From NCBI RefSeq assembly GCF_001194135.2, contig NC_068992.1, positions 63,049,664 through 63,113,663 on the forward strand: DNA of 64,000 nucleotides. Direction: 5' to 3'. The position numbers were made by a program, and so were the translations under genes. The notes below the pieces were generated by a model. It saw nothing but the letters and a program-made list of their open reading frames with translations. It did no database searches and was not told where the DNA came from. The stretch comes from Octopus bimaculoides. Taxonomy: Eukaryota. Positions 13,565 to 26,265 of this stretch are shown here, one piece after another (within the stretch, counting starts at the first letter, position 1; every line of letters begins with the position of its first letter).

Positions 13565-13630
13565 TTAGCCGCAGGTCAACCAGCCCGAACAGACATAGTT
13601 AAATGATTTACATCCATGACCATCTCATCG
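13565..13630 (+). repeat. Short unclassified dispersed repeat (other copies ~25830-25890 +, ~59790-59855 +, ~50075-50100 -)
   Basis: shared degenerate motif ..TATGATCAAA(G/C)GCATTCC..CC(A/G)TG(A/G)CCATC.. Confidence 0.45.
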
Positions 13631-14952
13631 ATTCACCGGTATTTAGCGCTACACTGTTTCACATGCTATAATGTACTACAGAATATATTTATAGGTTTGG
13701 GTGGGGGTCAATACTATAGCACATTAGAGAATATTCTGGACATGACTCTAGACTGCATCCGATGGTGGGGCCCTGTTTCGAAAGTTCTAGGGTTTTGAGA
13801 GTGTGGAACCATCTCTTAGCCAATATTGTTCCCGATCTGCTCTGACCCGGAATAGTAGCATTTGTCAGCCGTCTTTGCGAAAGAAACCTTTATGGTTCAA
13901 TAGTGGAGAAGGCAGCTGCAGCATCATATTGTGGAGTGCAAAAAGGAAACTGAGTCAAGCAAAACATCTTGGTCATCCGCTGCATCTGTTTCCATTACCT
14001 GGTCTTGCTCCTGGACTGAAGATGGTCACGGACGAAGAGTGTTGTTGACGGTGCTCAACTCTTCTTCAGTTTAAACAAAGTCACTTTCAAGTCATTAGTC
14101 ATCCTTAAGGACGGACAGATGGTTTTCGTCACTCCGATGCAGAAATACGACATTATAGAGTCGTGGCTAAATAGAAAAAAACTTTAAATATACGCAACGA
14201 AGCGAAATATTGTTAACACACCAAGTGCTTAATGTTTAATTTCACTGCCACAAAAGTTAATTGTTCCGTCCAATTAACTTTAAAGTCTGATGATTAATTT
14301 AAACAATTTAATGCTCCATCAGGCAACTGCGAAAGTGTTAATCAATGTAAACCGAACTCAATGTATTTGTTGATAGTTACAGGTAATGCTATCTGTTGGA
14401 GTTTCAGCATTTTAGCTGCTATTTCTGAACTTCGGTATGTGGTGAAGCAACTGTTGCTGATCCCTTAATTATGTTTATAAATGTATAAGAACTTTTAAAT
14501 AAGTTCCTCACCGGTAATGGTGTTTACATACCGAAGGGCTTGGTAAAAATTATTAATTAATTTATTAATAAATTAATAAATTGNNNNNNNNNNNNNNNNN
14601 NNNNNNNNNNNNNNNNNNNNNNNNNNNNNNNNNNNNNNNNNNNNNNNNNNNNNNNNNNNNNNNNNNNNNNNNNNNNNNNNNNNNNNNNNNNNNNNNNNNN
14701 NNNNNNNNNNNNNNNNNNNNNNNNNNNNNNNNNNNNNNNNNNNNNNNNNNNNNNATATATATATATACACATACACACACACATATATATATGTATGTGT
14801 ATGTGTATACATATGCACACGCCATATTTGTGTGCCTCTGTCTTGGTGTACTTACTTGCATACACAAACGCACGCGCAATCGCAAGGAGAGAAAATGACT
14901 GACAGACAGACAGACTGATAGATAGAGAGACAGACACACACACACACAGACA

Positions 14953-15002
<50 letters not shown>

Positions 15003-15363
15003 TACAGACACAGAGGCAGACACTCAGACACGCAGACAGATAACCGGACCAACATACATCGAGATATCGATGCGTATTTATATAGGTGTACAAACACTTC
15101 TATCCGATTTCGAGAAGCGATCTAGTGAATGTGCACCGCTATATTACTGCTCGTTTCTTACATCCTGTCGACAGAGTAAACAAATCTATCTGCACAAAGC
15201 ATCTGAAACATCATGTTTTACATGATGAAATGTTTAGAGAAATAACACAACGTCAGTATATTTAGCCACAGACGGCTTCATAGCTAGCAAAATATGCTGC
15301 AGGCTAAATCAGTAGATACATATATATACATGGATATATATATATATATACATGGACATAGAC

Positions 15364-15415
<52 letters not shown>

Positions 15416-16629
15416 NNNNNNNNNNNNNNNNNNNNNNNNNNNNNNNNNNNNNNNNNNNNNNNNNNNNNNNNNNNNNNNNNNNNNNNNNNNNNNNNNNNNN
15501 NNNNNNNNNNNNNNNNNNNNNNNNNNNNNNNNNNNNNNNNNNNNNNNNNNNNNNNNNNNNNNNNNNNNNNNNNNNNNNNNNNNNNNNNNNNNNNNNNNNN
15601 NNNNNNNNNNNNNNNNNNNNNNNNNNNNNNNNNNNNNNNNNNNNNNNNNNNNNNNNNNNNNNNNNNNNNNNNNNNNNNNNNNNNNNNNNNNNNNNNNNNN
15701 NNNNNNNNNNNNNNNNNNNNNNNNNNNNNNNNNNNNNNNNNNNNNNNNNNNNNNNNNNNNNNNNNNNNNNNNNNNNNNNNNNNNNNNNNNNNNNNNNNNN
15801 NNNNNNNNNNNNNNNNNNNNNNNNNNNNNNNNNNNNNNNNNNNNNNNNNNNNNNNNNNNNNNNNNNNNNNNNNNNNNNNNNNNNNNNNNNNNNNNNNNNN
15901 NNNNNNNNNNNNNNNNNNNNNNNNNNNNNNNNNNNNNNNNNNNNNNNNNNNNNNNNNNNNNNNNNNNNNNNNNNNNNNNNNNNNNNNNNNNNNNNNNNNN
16001 NNNNNNNNNNNNNNNNNNNNNNNNNNNNNNNNNNNNNNNNNNNNNNNNNNNNNNNNNNNNNNNNNNNNNNNNNNNNNNNNNNNNNNNNNNNNNNNNNNNN
16101 NNNNNNNNNNNNNNNNNNNNNNNNNNNNNNNNNNNNNNNNNNNNNNNNNNNNNNNNNNNNNNNNNNNNNNNNNNNNNNNNNNNNNNNNNNNNNNNNNNNN
16201 NNNNNNNNNNNNNNNNNNNNNNNNNNNNNNNNNNNNNNNNNNNNNNNNNNNNNNNNNNNNNNNNNNNNNNNNNNNNNNNNNNNNNNNNTATAACTGTATG
16301 ATAACATATTATAATATATGTTATCCGATTTGAAGCAACAATTTCTAAATACAAAGAAATGACCGAAAAATGAGCTAAACCTAACCAGAATCGAAGCCAC
16401 AAGCCAACCATTACATGGCTCCTTGCGCATCCGATTTGTGAGTTCGGTTCTGGCTAGGATTAGCTCATAATTTCCGGTCATGTGTTTGTATTTGAAAATT
16501 GTCGCTTCAAATCGGAGAATATACATTATTATGATATATTATCATACAGTTATTATTATACTATGAGTCTTCCATAGTAGCTTTCTCTCTCTAACTTACA
16601 ATGCCTTCCTCTTTTGTTATATATATATT

Positions 16630-16810
16630 AACTTTTACTTGCGTCAGTCACTGAGACATCGACTTCAAGGCTTTTATTCAAAAGAATCTACCCAGAGTAC
16701 CTATTTTCATAGCCTTGTACTTATTCTATTGGTCTCTTTAGCAGAAATGACAAGATGCGATGACGTAAACAAACCAACAGTAGTGTGCATTGACAAACAC
16801 AGAATCCAAG
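16630..16810 (-). mobile_element. SINE family 2, 3' half
   Basis: CTTTTACTTGCGTCAGTCA..TACTTATTCTATTGGTCTCTTT matches the reverse complement of the family-2 tail. Confidence 0.7.
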
Positions 16811-16836
16811 TCACACACACACACAAGTACACACAC

Positions 16837-16888
<52 letters not shown>

Positions 16889-17539
16889 NNNNNNNNNNNN
16901 NNNNNNNNNNNNNNNNNNNNNNNNNNNNNNNNNNNNNNNNNNNNNNNNNNNNNNNNNNNNNNNNNNNNNNNNNNNNNNNNNNNNNNNNNNNNNNNNNNNN
17001 NNNNNNNNNNNNNNNNNNNNNNNNNNNNNNNNNNNNNNNNNNNNNNNNNNNNNNNNNNNNNNNNNNNNNNNNNNNNNNNNNNNNNNNNNNNNNNNNNNNN
17101 NNNNNNNNNNNNNNNNNNNNNNNNNNNNNNNNNNNNNNNNNNNNNNNNNNNNNNNNNNNNNNNNNNNNNNNNNNNNNNNNNNNNNNNNNNNNNNNNNNNN
17201 NNNNNNNNNNNNNNNNNNNNNNNNNNNNNNNNNNNNNNNNNNNNNNNNNNNNNNNNNNNNNNNNNNNNNNNNNNNNNNNNNNNNNNNNNNNNNNNNNNNN
17301 NNNNNNNNNNNNNNNNNNNNNNNNNNNNNNNNNNNNNNNNNNNNNNNNNNNNNNNNNNNNNNNNNNNNNNNNNNNNNNNNNNTGTTGGAGAAGCAGGATA
17401 CTGCTAATCCCTATATATTTATGATATATATATATATATATATATATATACGAATATTACATGGAGACATACATATGTACATGCATATATACATACATGT
17501 ACAGACATACTCGCATGCACACACATACATATATATATA

Positions 17540-17730
17540 GGGAGAGTATTCACAAAAAAAAAAACGAAGACAGGTGGTGCAGACAACAAACAAATGTATT
17601 AGTTTAACGCTCGGTAAGTGAAAAAGTCTTTAACGTTTCGAGCCTACGCTCTTCCAAAGAAAGGAACGCAGAAAGAACCAAGGAGAGAGAAAAATGAATG
17701 TGTAGTGGCTAGCGATCTATCATGGTGAAT
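17540..17730 (-). mobile_element. (TA)n-inserted short repeat, family A, carrying a degenerate hammerhead motif (17628-17663, - strand)
   Basis: shares TGTATTAGTTT..CTCGG..AAAAGTCTTT.ACGTTTCGAGC with 18360-18545 (inverted) and 51028-51130. Confidence 0.7.
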
Positions 17731-17996
17731 GAATATATATATATATATATATCTATGTTTGTATTTGTGTATGTATGTATAACTATATGTATACAAATAT
17801 TCATAGATCACATATGTACACCATAATTAGTTTGTTATGGGTGCATGACGAAATTTCACGTGCCAGCAGGTCTGTAATATTTACATACCAGCCTCGGGAA
17901 TGCATTTAATATATAGATTGGTATATCCAGTAACTTAATACCGCTGTGTGTGGTGGCTATATAAGCAACGTGTTCGGAGGCAAGAATGTGTTAGAT

Positions 17997-18044
17997 GAGT
18001 GCTGAAGTAGGAGCAACAACCCCCGAAATATGGCATATACACTT
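17997..18044 (+). ncRNA. Type I hammerhead-ribozyme-like motif (family B)
   Basis: stem I GAGTG/CACTT; core CTGAAG(T)A; stem II GGAG/CCCC; GAAA; stem III ATATG-G-CATAT; AUA cleavage triplet. A9 is mutated to U. Confidence 0.7.
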
Positions 18045-18177
18045 TTTAGCCTATTTTTGTCTCCGATCTCATTGTTTGCATCGGACGTCTTGATACGAAA
18101 CGTTGTAGCAGATCAGTGCGGAATATAATTTCTGTTGAAATAACCTTAACATATATATATATATACACATATGCATA

Positions 18178-18223
<46 letters not shown>

Positions 18224-18359
18224 NNNNNNNNNNNNNNNNNNNNNNNNNNNNNNNNNNNNNNNNNNNNNNNNNNNNNNNNNNNNNNNNNNNNNNNNNNNNN
18301 NNNNNNNNNNNNNNNNNNNNNNNNNNNNNNNNNNNNNNNNNNNNNNNNNNNNNNNNNGT

Positions 18360-18541
18360 TAAACCGTTAATCCTTAGACGTTTTTTTTTTCTTTTCACTT
18401 GCTCTCTCTGCTTTTTCCCCTCTAATCTGTCGAAGAGCGAAGGCTCGAAACGTCAAAGACTTTTCCATTTTTCCCAAGAGTTAAACTAATACACCTGCTC
18501 GTTGTTCCTTCACCTGTCATCCTCTTTTTTGTGTTAATTTG

Positions 18542-18545
<4 letters not shown>
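18360..18545 (+). mobile_element. (TA)n-inserted short repeat, family A, with hammerhead motif at 18423-18458
   Basis: CTGTCGA-A-GAGC-GAAG-GCTC-GAAA-CGTC; homologous to 17540-17730 in the opposite orientation. Confidence 0.7.
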
Positions 18546-18578
<33 letters not shown>

Positions 18579-18813
18579 TACGTTCGATGTAGATTTTCGG
18601 ATCCTCTCTGCCTACCGTTGTATAAGCAACGCATTCGGATAGCTGGCCCTATGGTGCAGGAAGATATATCAACAAGGTATCGGGAAGTGGAGTCGAAACG
18701 GAAATTACATGTCTCTGAAGCCAACTTCTACACCGCACAGCCGTGCTTGTGCTATCATATCTATACATACGCATACATACATATATAGTATCTATCTATT
18801 TATCTATCTATCC

Positions 18814-18908
<95 letters not shown>

Positions 18909-19121
18909 CATACATACATAAAATGGAGAAATTATACAAAATGTCGAAGGGAATGATGAGTAAAGCACCAGCACAATTTCGATGATCTGTTTTTATCCAT
19001 AGATTGCAGGAACTTCATAGTGGTGGTTGAGGTAACAGTATTAATAAAATTGATGGAAAAATAAGATACGAACATGTGCGCATACATGTGCGCATATGTG
19101 CATGTAGGTGCTTGTATAAAC

Positions 19122-19198
<77 letters not shown>

Positions 19199-19208
19199 NN
19201 NNNNNNNN

Positions 19209-19272
<64 letters not shown>

Positions 19273-19768
19273 AGAGAGAGAGACATACAGTCAGAGACAG
19301 AGAAAGAAAAGGTGAGAGAGAGACGGTGGTAGAAACAAGGGAGAGCGGAGTAGAGAAAGAAAGAGGAGGTAAAGAAACAGAGATATAGGGATACTCGACG
19401 CTGCCACGCAAGCAACTATTCCTGTGCGTATGTACAGAGATGTGTCTTATCAGAGCATTGGAAATCTCCTTGAATAAACTCAGACAGGAGACATGCACCA
19501 GTTCCTTGCAGACTCCACACAATAACTGTTCTAAATATGTCCGCCACTCTCTCAAATTCTTTTGTCTTCTCTGACTGAAAACCGTCCAAAATCATTGCTG
19601 CCTTTGTCTGACAACAGCCCACCTTTCTCTGTATTTTGGGAGTGTAGAAGTGTATGTATATATATATATATATATATCAGTGTACGCGTATGTAACGGAG
19701 TGACTGTGTGCGCGTATCTCTCTCTTCCACTCTCTTTCTCTTTCTGTATATATATAAAGACACACACG

Positions 19769-19870
<102 letters not shown>

Positions 19871-19930
19871 CATATACTTATATGTGTATATACATATATT
19901 TATATTTGTATGAATATGTGTGTCTGTATG

Positions 19931-19996
<66 letters not shown>

Positions 19997-21131
19997 TGTG
20001 TGTAAATATATATATGCATATATGTACGTATATATATAAATATATATATATACACATATATATATATATATTTAGAAAAACATTATATATAACAAGGGGG
20101 CATTATGCATATATATGCCTATATATATAAGTATATATATATGCACACATATACATATATATATATATATACGTATATATATATGCATGTATTTATTTAT
20201 GTATGTATATATATACACACATATATATATGTGTGTATAAATATATAAGGAGCGATGGAGAGTGGGAGAAGCGTGGAATGGAAAACCACTGACAGATATG
20301 CGTGGGTGGGGTATATCGGTGCTTTTGTGTGTATGTTGGTCACAATGGAGGTATATTAGTAACAGCATACGAATAGTCGTTTCTAAGTTGTGTTTTAGTT
20401 GTTTAACCTTCGAATCAGCTGTAACGGATCCAACCACTGACCGAATATTTTGCATCACATGTTTCTGAATATCTAGAACTTCGTCGTCAAACTTACCCTA
20501 GCATTTTTTATTACTTTATTTCATGGCCATATCTGAAGATCTATAGCATTTGTTTCTTATTAAATGTTTGAAGACTGCATACCATATTTTCCGGCATATC
20601 GGTCGATATAGCATATAGCGGAAACATGTGTAAACATACAAACGTCTTTGTTATATTTCCATTTCCCACTGCATTTCATATCGAAATTTTGGCCCTTCAC
20701 AGTTTTGGCGTACGAATTGACCTACATTTTTGGCTGAAGATTGGGGGCCATAATATTTGAGTTGTATACAAAAGAATGCGGTGATTTTTTATGAAATTTT
20801 CTGCAGGTACTTTTCAGGTGACGTAAATTCTGATTTTTTTAAAATTTGAAGCGAAAAACAAATTAGGGGTGGGGGAAGCGAATAATTCAAAGACATCATC
20901 AATACATATGAATAAAAAAAATCCGTGAATTATTCGAGTTGTCCCCAATATTTTTCAATACAAATTCAGACATAATCACGAAGGAAAAGAAACAAGGTTC
21001 ATGAACTCATCGATGAAAATCCACTATCACATATAAAAAAAAAATTAATAAGTAAAAGCACAATAAATAGGTATAATATAATACAACATTGGCCACAGTC
21101 AAATGACTGAAACAAGTAAAAGAGTAAAAGA

Positions 21132-21165
<34 letters not shown>

Positions 21166-21429
21166 NNNNNNNNNNNNNNNNNNNNNNNNNNNNNNNNNNN
21201 NNNNNNNNNNNNNNNNNNNNNNNNNNNNNNNNNNNNNNNNNNNNNNNNNNNNNNNNNNNNNNNNNNNNNNNNNNNNNNNNNNNNNNNNNNNNNNNNNNNN
21301 NNNNNNNNNNNNNNNNNNNNNNNNNNNNNNNNNNNNNNNNNNNNNNNNNNNNNNNNNNNNNNNNNNNNNNNNNNNNNNNNNNNNNNNNNNNNNNNNNNNN
21401 NNNNNNNNNNNNNNNNNNNNNNNNNNNAT

Positions 21430-21462
<33 letters not shown>

Positions 21463-21609
21463 CACGCACATATGTTCGTCTAGACAGCGAAGCGGCGTCA
21501 TTGGAAGGCTAAAACAATGCAAAAGCGCATTGTGGCCAGTGATGTGTAGCAACATATGATAGCTTGGTCGATCACATGATGACGTGATATGTGTGTGTAT
21601 GTCTTTCTC

Positions 21610-21795
21610 CTCCACCAACGCTTTACAACCGGTGTTGGTGTGGTCTCCGTAATTTAGCGGTTCAGCAAAGGAGGCCGTTAGAATAAGTTGCAGGCTTTAA
21701 AAGTGAAGTCCTGGTGTCGATTCATTCGACTAAATATTCTTCAAGGTGATGCCCCTGCACGGCCACAGTCTAATGAATAAGACAAGTAAAAGATG
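21610..21795 (+). mobile_element. SINE family 2, 3' half
   Basis: CGGTGTTGGTGTG..CCGTAATTTAGCGGTTCAGCAAA..GTCGATTCATTCGACTAA..CAGTCTAATGAATAAGACAAGTAAAAGA. Confidence 0.7.
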
Positions 21796-21844
21796 GAAAA
21801 TATGAGATAGATCTGCTTAACCAAATCTCCTTCGAGCCACGAAA

Positions 21845-22284
21845 TATCATAGTAATAAAAATATTTCTGTAAAAGAATTTGACAAATTAAGTAAATGTAA
21901 GAACCTCGAAATTGAAATTTAGAAATTGAAATACAAAAGAAGTGGTGTCTTGAAGCGGGAACGATTTCTGTTATTGTGGGCGCCCTAGGTATGATAAAAG
22001 AAATAGATATGTCAGAAACATCTAGATAAGATCCCAGGAGAACCATGTCTCAGAGAAATCCAAAAGATTGTGCTGACAAGTACTGCCCACGTCTTTAGAA
22101 AAGCCCTATCAATTTAAGCGTCTGTGTTCACATGAAGATATTCCACTACTGCCCCTGCCACTTCCCCTCCCAAGCTTTTAGTCATAGTGTAACATCTCCT
22201 ATCCTTCATTCGCCCTAGGACACTGGGTGTGTCTCGGCAAGTGATTGTAATAAACATGCAGATTAAATGTAAATAATAATAATA

Positions 22285-22329
<45 letters not shown>

Positions 22330-22330
22330 A
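21845..22330 (+). mobile_element. R4/Dong-like retrotransposon 3' end (restriction-like endonuclease C-terminus, UTR, (TAA/TTA)n tail)
   Basis: frameshifted NISVKEFDKLSKCKNLEIEI..ISVIVGALGMIK..HLDKIPGEPCLREIQKIVLTSTAHVFRKALSI*. Confidence 0.75.
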
Positions 22331-22654
22331 GACTATATTACTACTACTACTATAACTACTGCAAGAAAAACACCAGCAACAACCTCTACAACTGCAACAG
22401 AAGCAATAATAATAACAGCAGACAATAAAAACAAGAACAACAGCTGCAACAAAATAGCAACAAGCATCATCATCATCATCAACTACAACAATAACGTTAA
22501 TAACAGCAGCTTAAGAACAACAACAACAAAAACAAAAAACCACATCATTCCAGTAACCGCGTTACCATTAGCAACTACCACAGCCGTAGCAGCAACACCA
22601 CAACTGCAGCAACAACAACAAAAAAGGACACCACACTCGATTAATGCCACCTTG

Positions 22655-23000
22655 GAGGCGCGTGGTTTAATGGTGAGGATGTTGCTCGCATGAGAGTAAG
22701 ATTATGGTTTCGATTCCTGGGCGGGACGATGCGTCATGTTCTTGAGCAAGACATTTCATTTTCAATCCGACCCAGCCGACTCAGCTGACAAATGTGAGTA
22801 TCGCCCAGTCAAGGGTGGGGAATATATTATATGCCACAGAATCTGGAAAACCGGCCTTTTTTACACACACGCATACAGTGTGGCTTATTGGTGAGTGTGT
22901 TGCAGTCGCGATAGTAAGATTGTGGCTTCAATTTCTGAACCGGTTGTGCGTTTTGTTCTTGAGCAAAACATTTCATTTTTACGTTGCTTCCGTCCACAAA
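22655..23000 (+). mobile_element. Two tandem SINE family 3 copies (22655-22860 and 22885-23000)
   Basis: GGAGGCGCGTGGTTTAATGG A-box, TTTCGATTCC B-box and TTCTTGAGCAA(G/A)ACATTTCATTTT in both copies. Confidence 0.7.
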
Positions 23001-23290
23001 ACTCTCACAACTGCAATAACATCCTCATAACTGTGACAACATTTTCACAATTGTAACAAGATCCTCACAACTGGAAAAACATCCTCACAACTGCAACAAT
23101 ACCCTCACAACTGCAATAACATCCTCACAACTATAACAACATCCTCACAACTGTAACAACATTCTCACAACTGTAACGACATCTTTGCAACTGCAACAAT
23201 ACCCTCACAGCTGTAACAACATCCTCACAACTGGAACAATATCATCACAACTTTAACAACATCCTCACAACTACAATAACACTTCCGCAA
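23001..23290 (+). repeat. 20-bp minisatellite, ~14 copies, consensus ATCCTCACAACTGTAACAAC
   Basis: exact 20-bp period read directly. Confidence 0.95.
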
Positions 23291-23908
23291 TAGAAACTAT
23301 AACCACAAAACCATCAGCATCAGCATCATCAACAATTACCTAAAAAAACATCGCAACACTGATATCAAGAACACTAATAACAACAACACCTTAACAATTT
23401 CCACAATAACAACAGCAACATTAACAGAAGCAACAATGGCGGTGTGAGTCATTCATTTCCTCCAATGAAAACCGAAGAATAAATACTATTAGAAGAAATA
23501 TCGACAGACTCACCAGATTCCTTTGTAATGTTCTATAGTGCTATTGCTTAACCATTCCTCTTTTGGTGTGGCAAATTGAAAAGTCTTCAGGGAACTGTAA
23601 AAGACTTCATATTGGATGATTCAACTGACGTAATAGCATCGTGTTTGAGTTGATTTGGAATTTTGAGACGGTTCACTTCATTAAAGGGAGAATTAGTAAT
23701 TTAACGCCGTGTTTAGGCGTGTGTACGTGTGTGTGTGCAGGTGTCTGTGTGTCTGTATGTGACGGTGAGTGACAGAGAGAGAGAGAGAGTATGTATGTGT
23801 ACATTTATACGATGTGTATGAATATTCGTGTGCATGTATTTCTCTATGTATCAGTATATATGATTATGTCTACACACATACATGCGCCTGTCTATAATAC
23901 ATATCATA

Positions 23909-23971
<63 letters not shown>

Positions 23972-24060
23972 CATCATCATCATTATTGTTATTACTATTA
24001 TTTTTATTATTATATGAAACCAATAGCTTTTTCTAAACTGTTACGTTACANNNNNNNNNN

Positions 24061-24132
<72 letters not shown>

Positions 24133-25169
24133 CATACATACTTACATACATACACATATCAATTGCTTTAAGATGTGTAGATCCTTGTTTTTCGGGGAGT
24201 GAGGAAACGAGCGCCAAGGATGTCCCTTATGCTCTTTCCCTTAACGCAATAGAAAACAACCCTCTCTCCTGCTCCTCTACTTTTCCTCCTCCTCTCTCTC
24301 TCTCTCTCTCCCTCTCCCTCTCTCTTTCTCTCTTTTCATCCCCCAAACAAACAGCAAGAACCCGGAAGCACCAGATTCTTTTACAGTCTGGCAGGAATGG
24401 AACTAATCGAAGATCGAAGACTCCTATATACTAATTGTTTCCTGGCGTACATCCCCACCAGTTCCCCTCGAAATTTGTACGCCACCCGATAGATTAATTA
24501 CCGGATTCTATCAACTGAAAGATTAACTCTTTTATGTCCACTTCATTTCCTCTGATAATCTTCTACTATTTTTCTTTCTCTTTGACATCTCTTTTGCTAT
24601 TTCAATTTCAAATTCTGACCATCCTGCCTTATGTTGATTAATTAAATGGTTCTATAACCAGGAAACAGCATCCTAGTTCCAGCACAACCGTGTTGTTTTT
24701 GACATTCGAATCATTTCAGTAAAATGGTATTTTGAAGAACCGAATTAGACAGAAAGTGTCCGTACCAAAGCAACTATAGATTATTCACTCAAACAGTTTC
24801 TTCTACGAAACTGTATTATTCGTATAAGAGGTAACTAGTTGTAGACCAATTCTAGAGTATTCGTTTAACCAATTACCCTGACAATTCGATACGTACCAGA
24901 CTTAAGACTAATGGAGTCAGTTCCCTTTCCACTTGTTTTATTTATTATTTTTCTTTTTTTTTTCAGTCTTAAATTATCCAATGTGAGTGCCTCAACTCGA
25001 TGTTCGTTCTGCCAGAATTAGACGTCAGATTTCCCTCAAATTATATTCTATCATTAAAGAAAAAGAAATTACAAGCATCTGCATAATGATGTCATGGATG
25101 CGCTGCTTCTGAATAACAGAGGAGTGGTCACAACTAGAAACGTTTGTTCATACATCTGATCAATTAGAT

Positions 25170-25291
25170 TTTATGGTTCCGGGTTCAGTCCCACTGAGTG
25201 GCACATTGGACAAGTGTCTTCTACTATAGCTTCGGGCTGACCAAAGCGTTGTGAGTGGATTTGATAGACGGAAACTGAAAGAAGCACGTCG

Positions 25292-25340
<49 letters not shown>

Positions 25341-25572
25341 ATGTGTGTGTGTGTGTTATATATTTGTGTGTCTGTGTTTGTCCTCTCAACATCGCTCGAC
25401 AACCGATGTTGGTATGTTTACGTTCCCGTAATCTAACGGTTTGGCAAAGGAGTCTGATAGAAAAAGTACTAGGCTTACAAAGAATAAGTTCTTGAGGTCG
25501 ATTAGTTCGACTAAAGGCGCTGCTCCAGCACGGACGCTGTCAAATGACTGAAACAAGTAAAAGAAAAGAATA
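25170..25572 (+). mobile_element. SINE family 2, near full length
   Basis: GGTTCCGGGTTCAGTCCCACTG..internal (TA)(GT) tract..AAAGGCGCTGCTCCAGCA..AAATGACTGAAACAAGTAAAAG. Confidence 0.85.
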
Positions 25573-26202
25573 ACCAACGATGTGACTTTTATGGGAGTCA
25601 AGATCCTGTAAATTCAGATTTGATCAGGGATTTGTTAACAAACAATAATGCGATTCTGTAAGGGACAAGATTATATAAAATTGATCTGAGATTAATTAAC
25701 GGAAAATAACATGATTTCTATATGATCCTACAAGTCCACAAATTTGATCTGGGATTAGTCAAAAAACAATATCATGACTGCTATAGGGACCGAGGTCTCA
25801 CAAATTCCAAAATTTCTTTTGTTGCTGTCGTGGTTTAACCCAAGGTTTACCCTATGATCAAACGCATTCCTACCGTGGCCATCCTTTCTGTCTTTCAGAC
25901 ATACGGTAATTAAAGCTATCTTATGTATGTCCTTCCTTTTACTTCTGTTTAGGCTCAAATGAACCTTAATCCAATGGTCAACCATCGAAGACCTCACGCT
26001 ATAACCATTGTGTATTTTTATAGATTTAGTCTAGTATTAAGACTACACCATCAATCGAATGAATCTCTCTTTACAGTCGGATATGATTTGAAAGGGAATT
26101 GACTGATGTTTTTAGTAGGTCAAATAATCACGTAGGGGCTCCTTCACTGACTCACAGCAGCAGTCAAGGAATTAATTTATTCACTCAACCATTCCGCTAT
26201 TT

Positions 26203-26265
<63 letters not shown>

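Noticed and set aside
20582-20770. pogo-like TIR start TA|CCATATTTTCCGGCATAT
   Set aside because: No convincing matching right TIR was found.
23001-23290. Regular array as a possible CRISPR
   Set aside because: Units are contiguous with no unique spacers, and the context is eukaryotic.
25875-25905. Apparent 7-nt microexon TTTCAG|ACATACG|GTAATT
   Set aside because: It adjoins a dispersed repeat copy, is not frame-preserving and has no supporting gene context.
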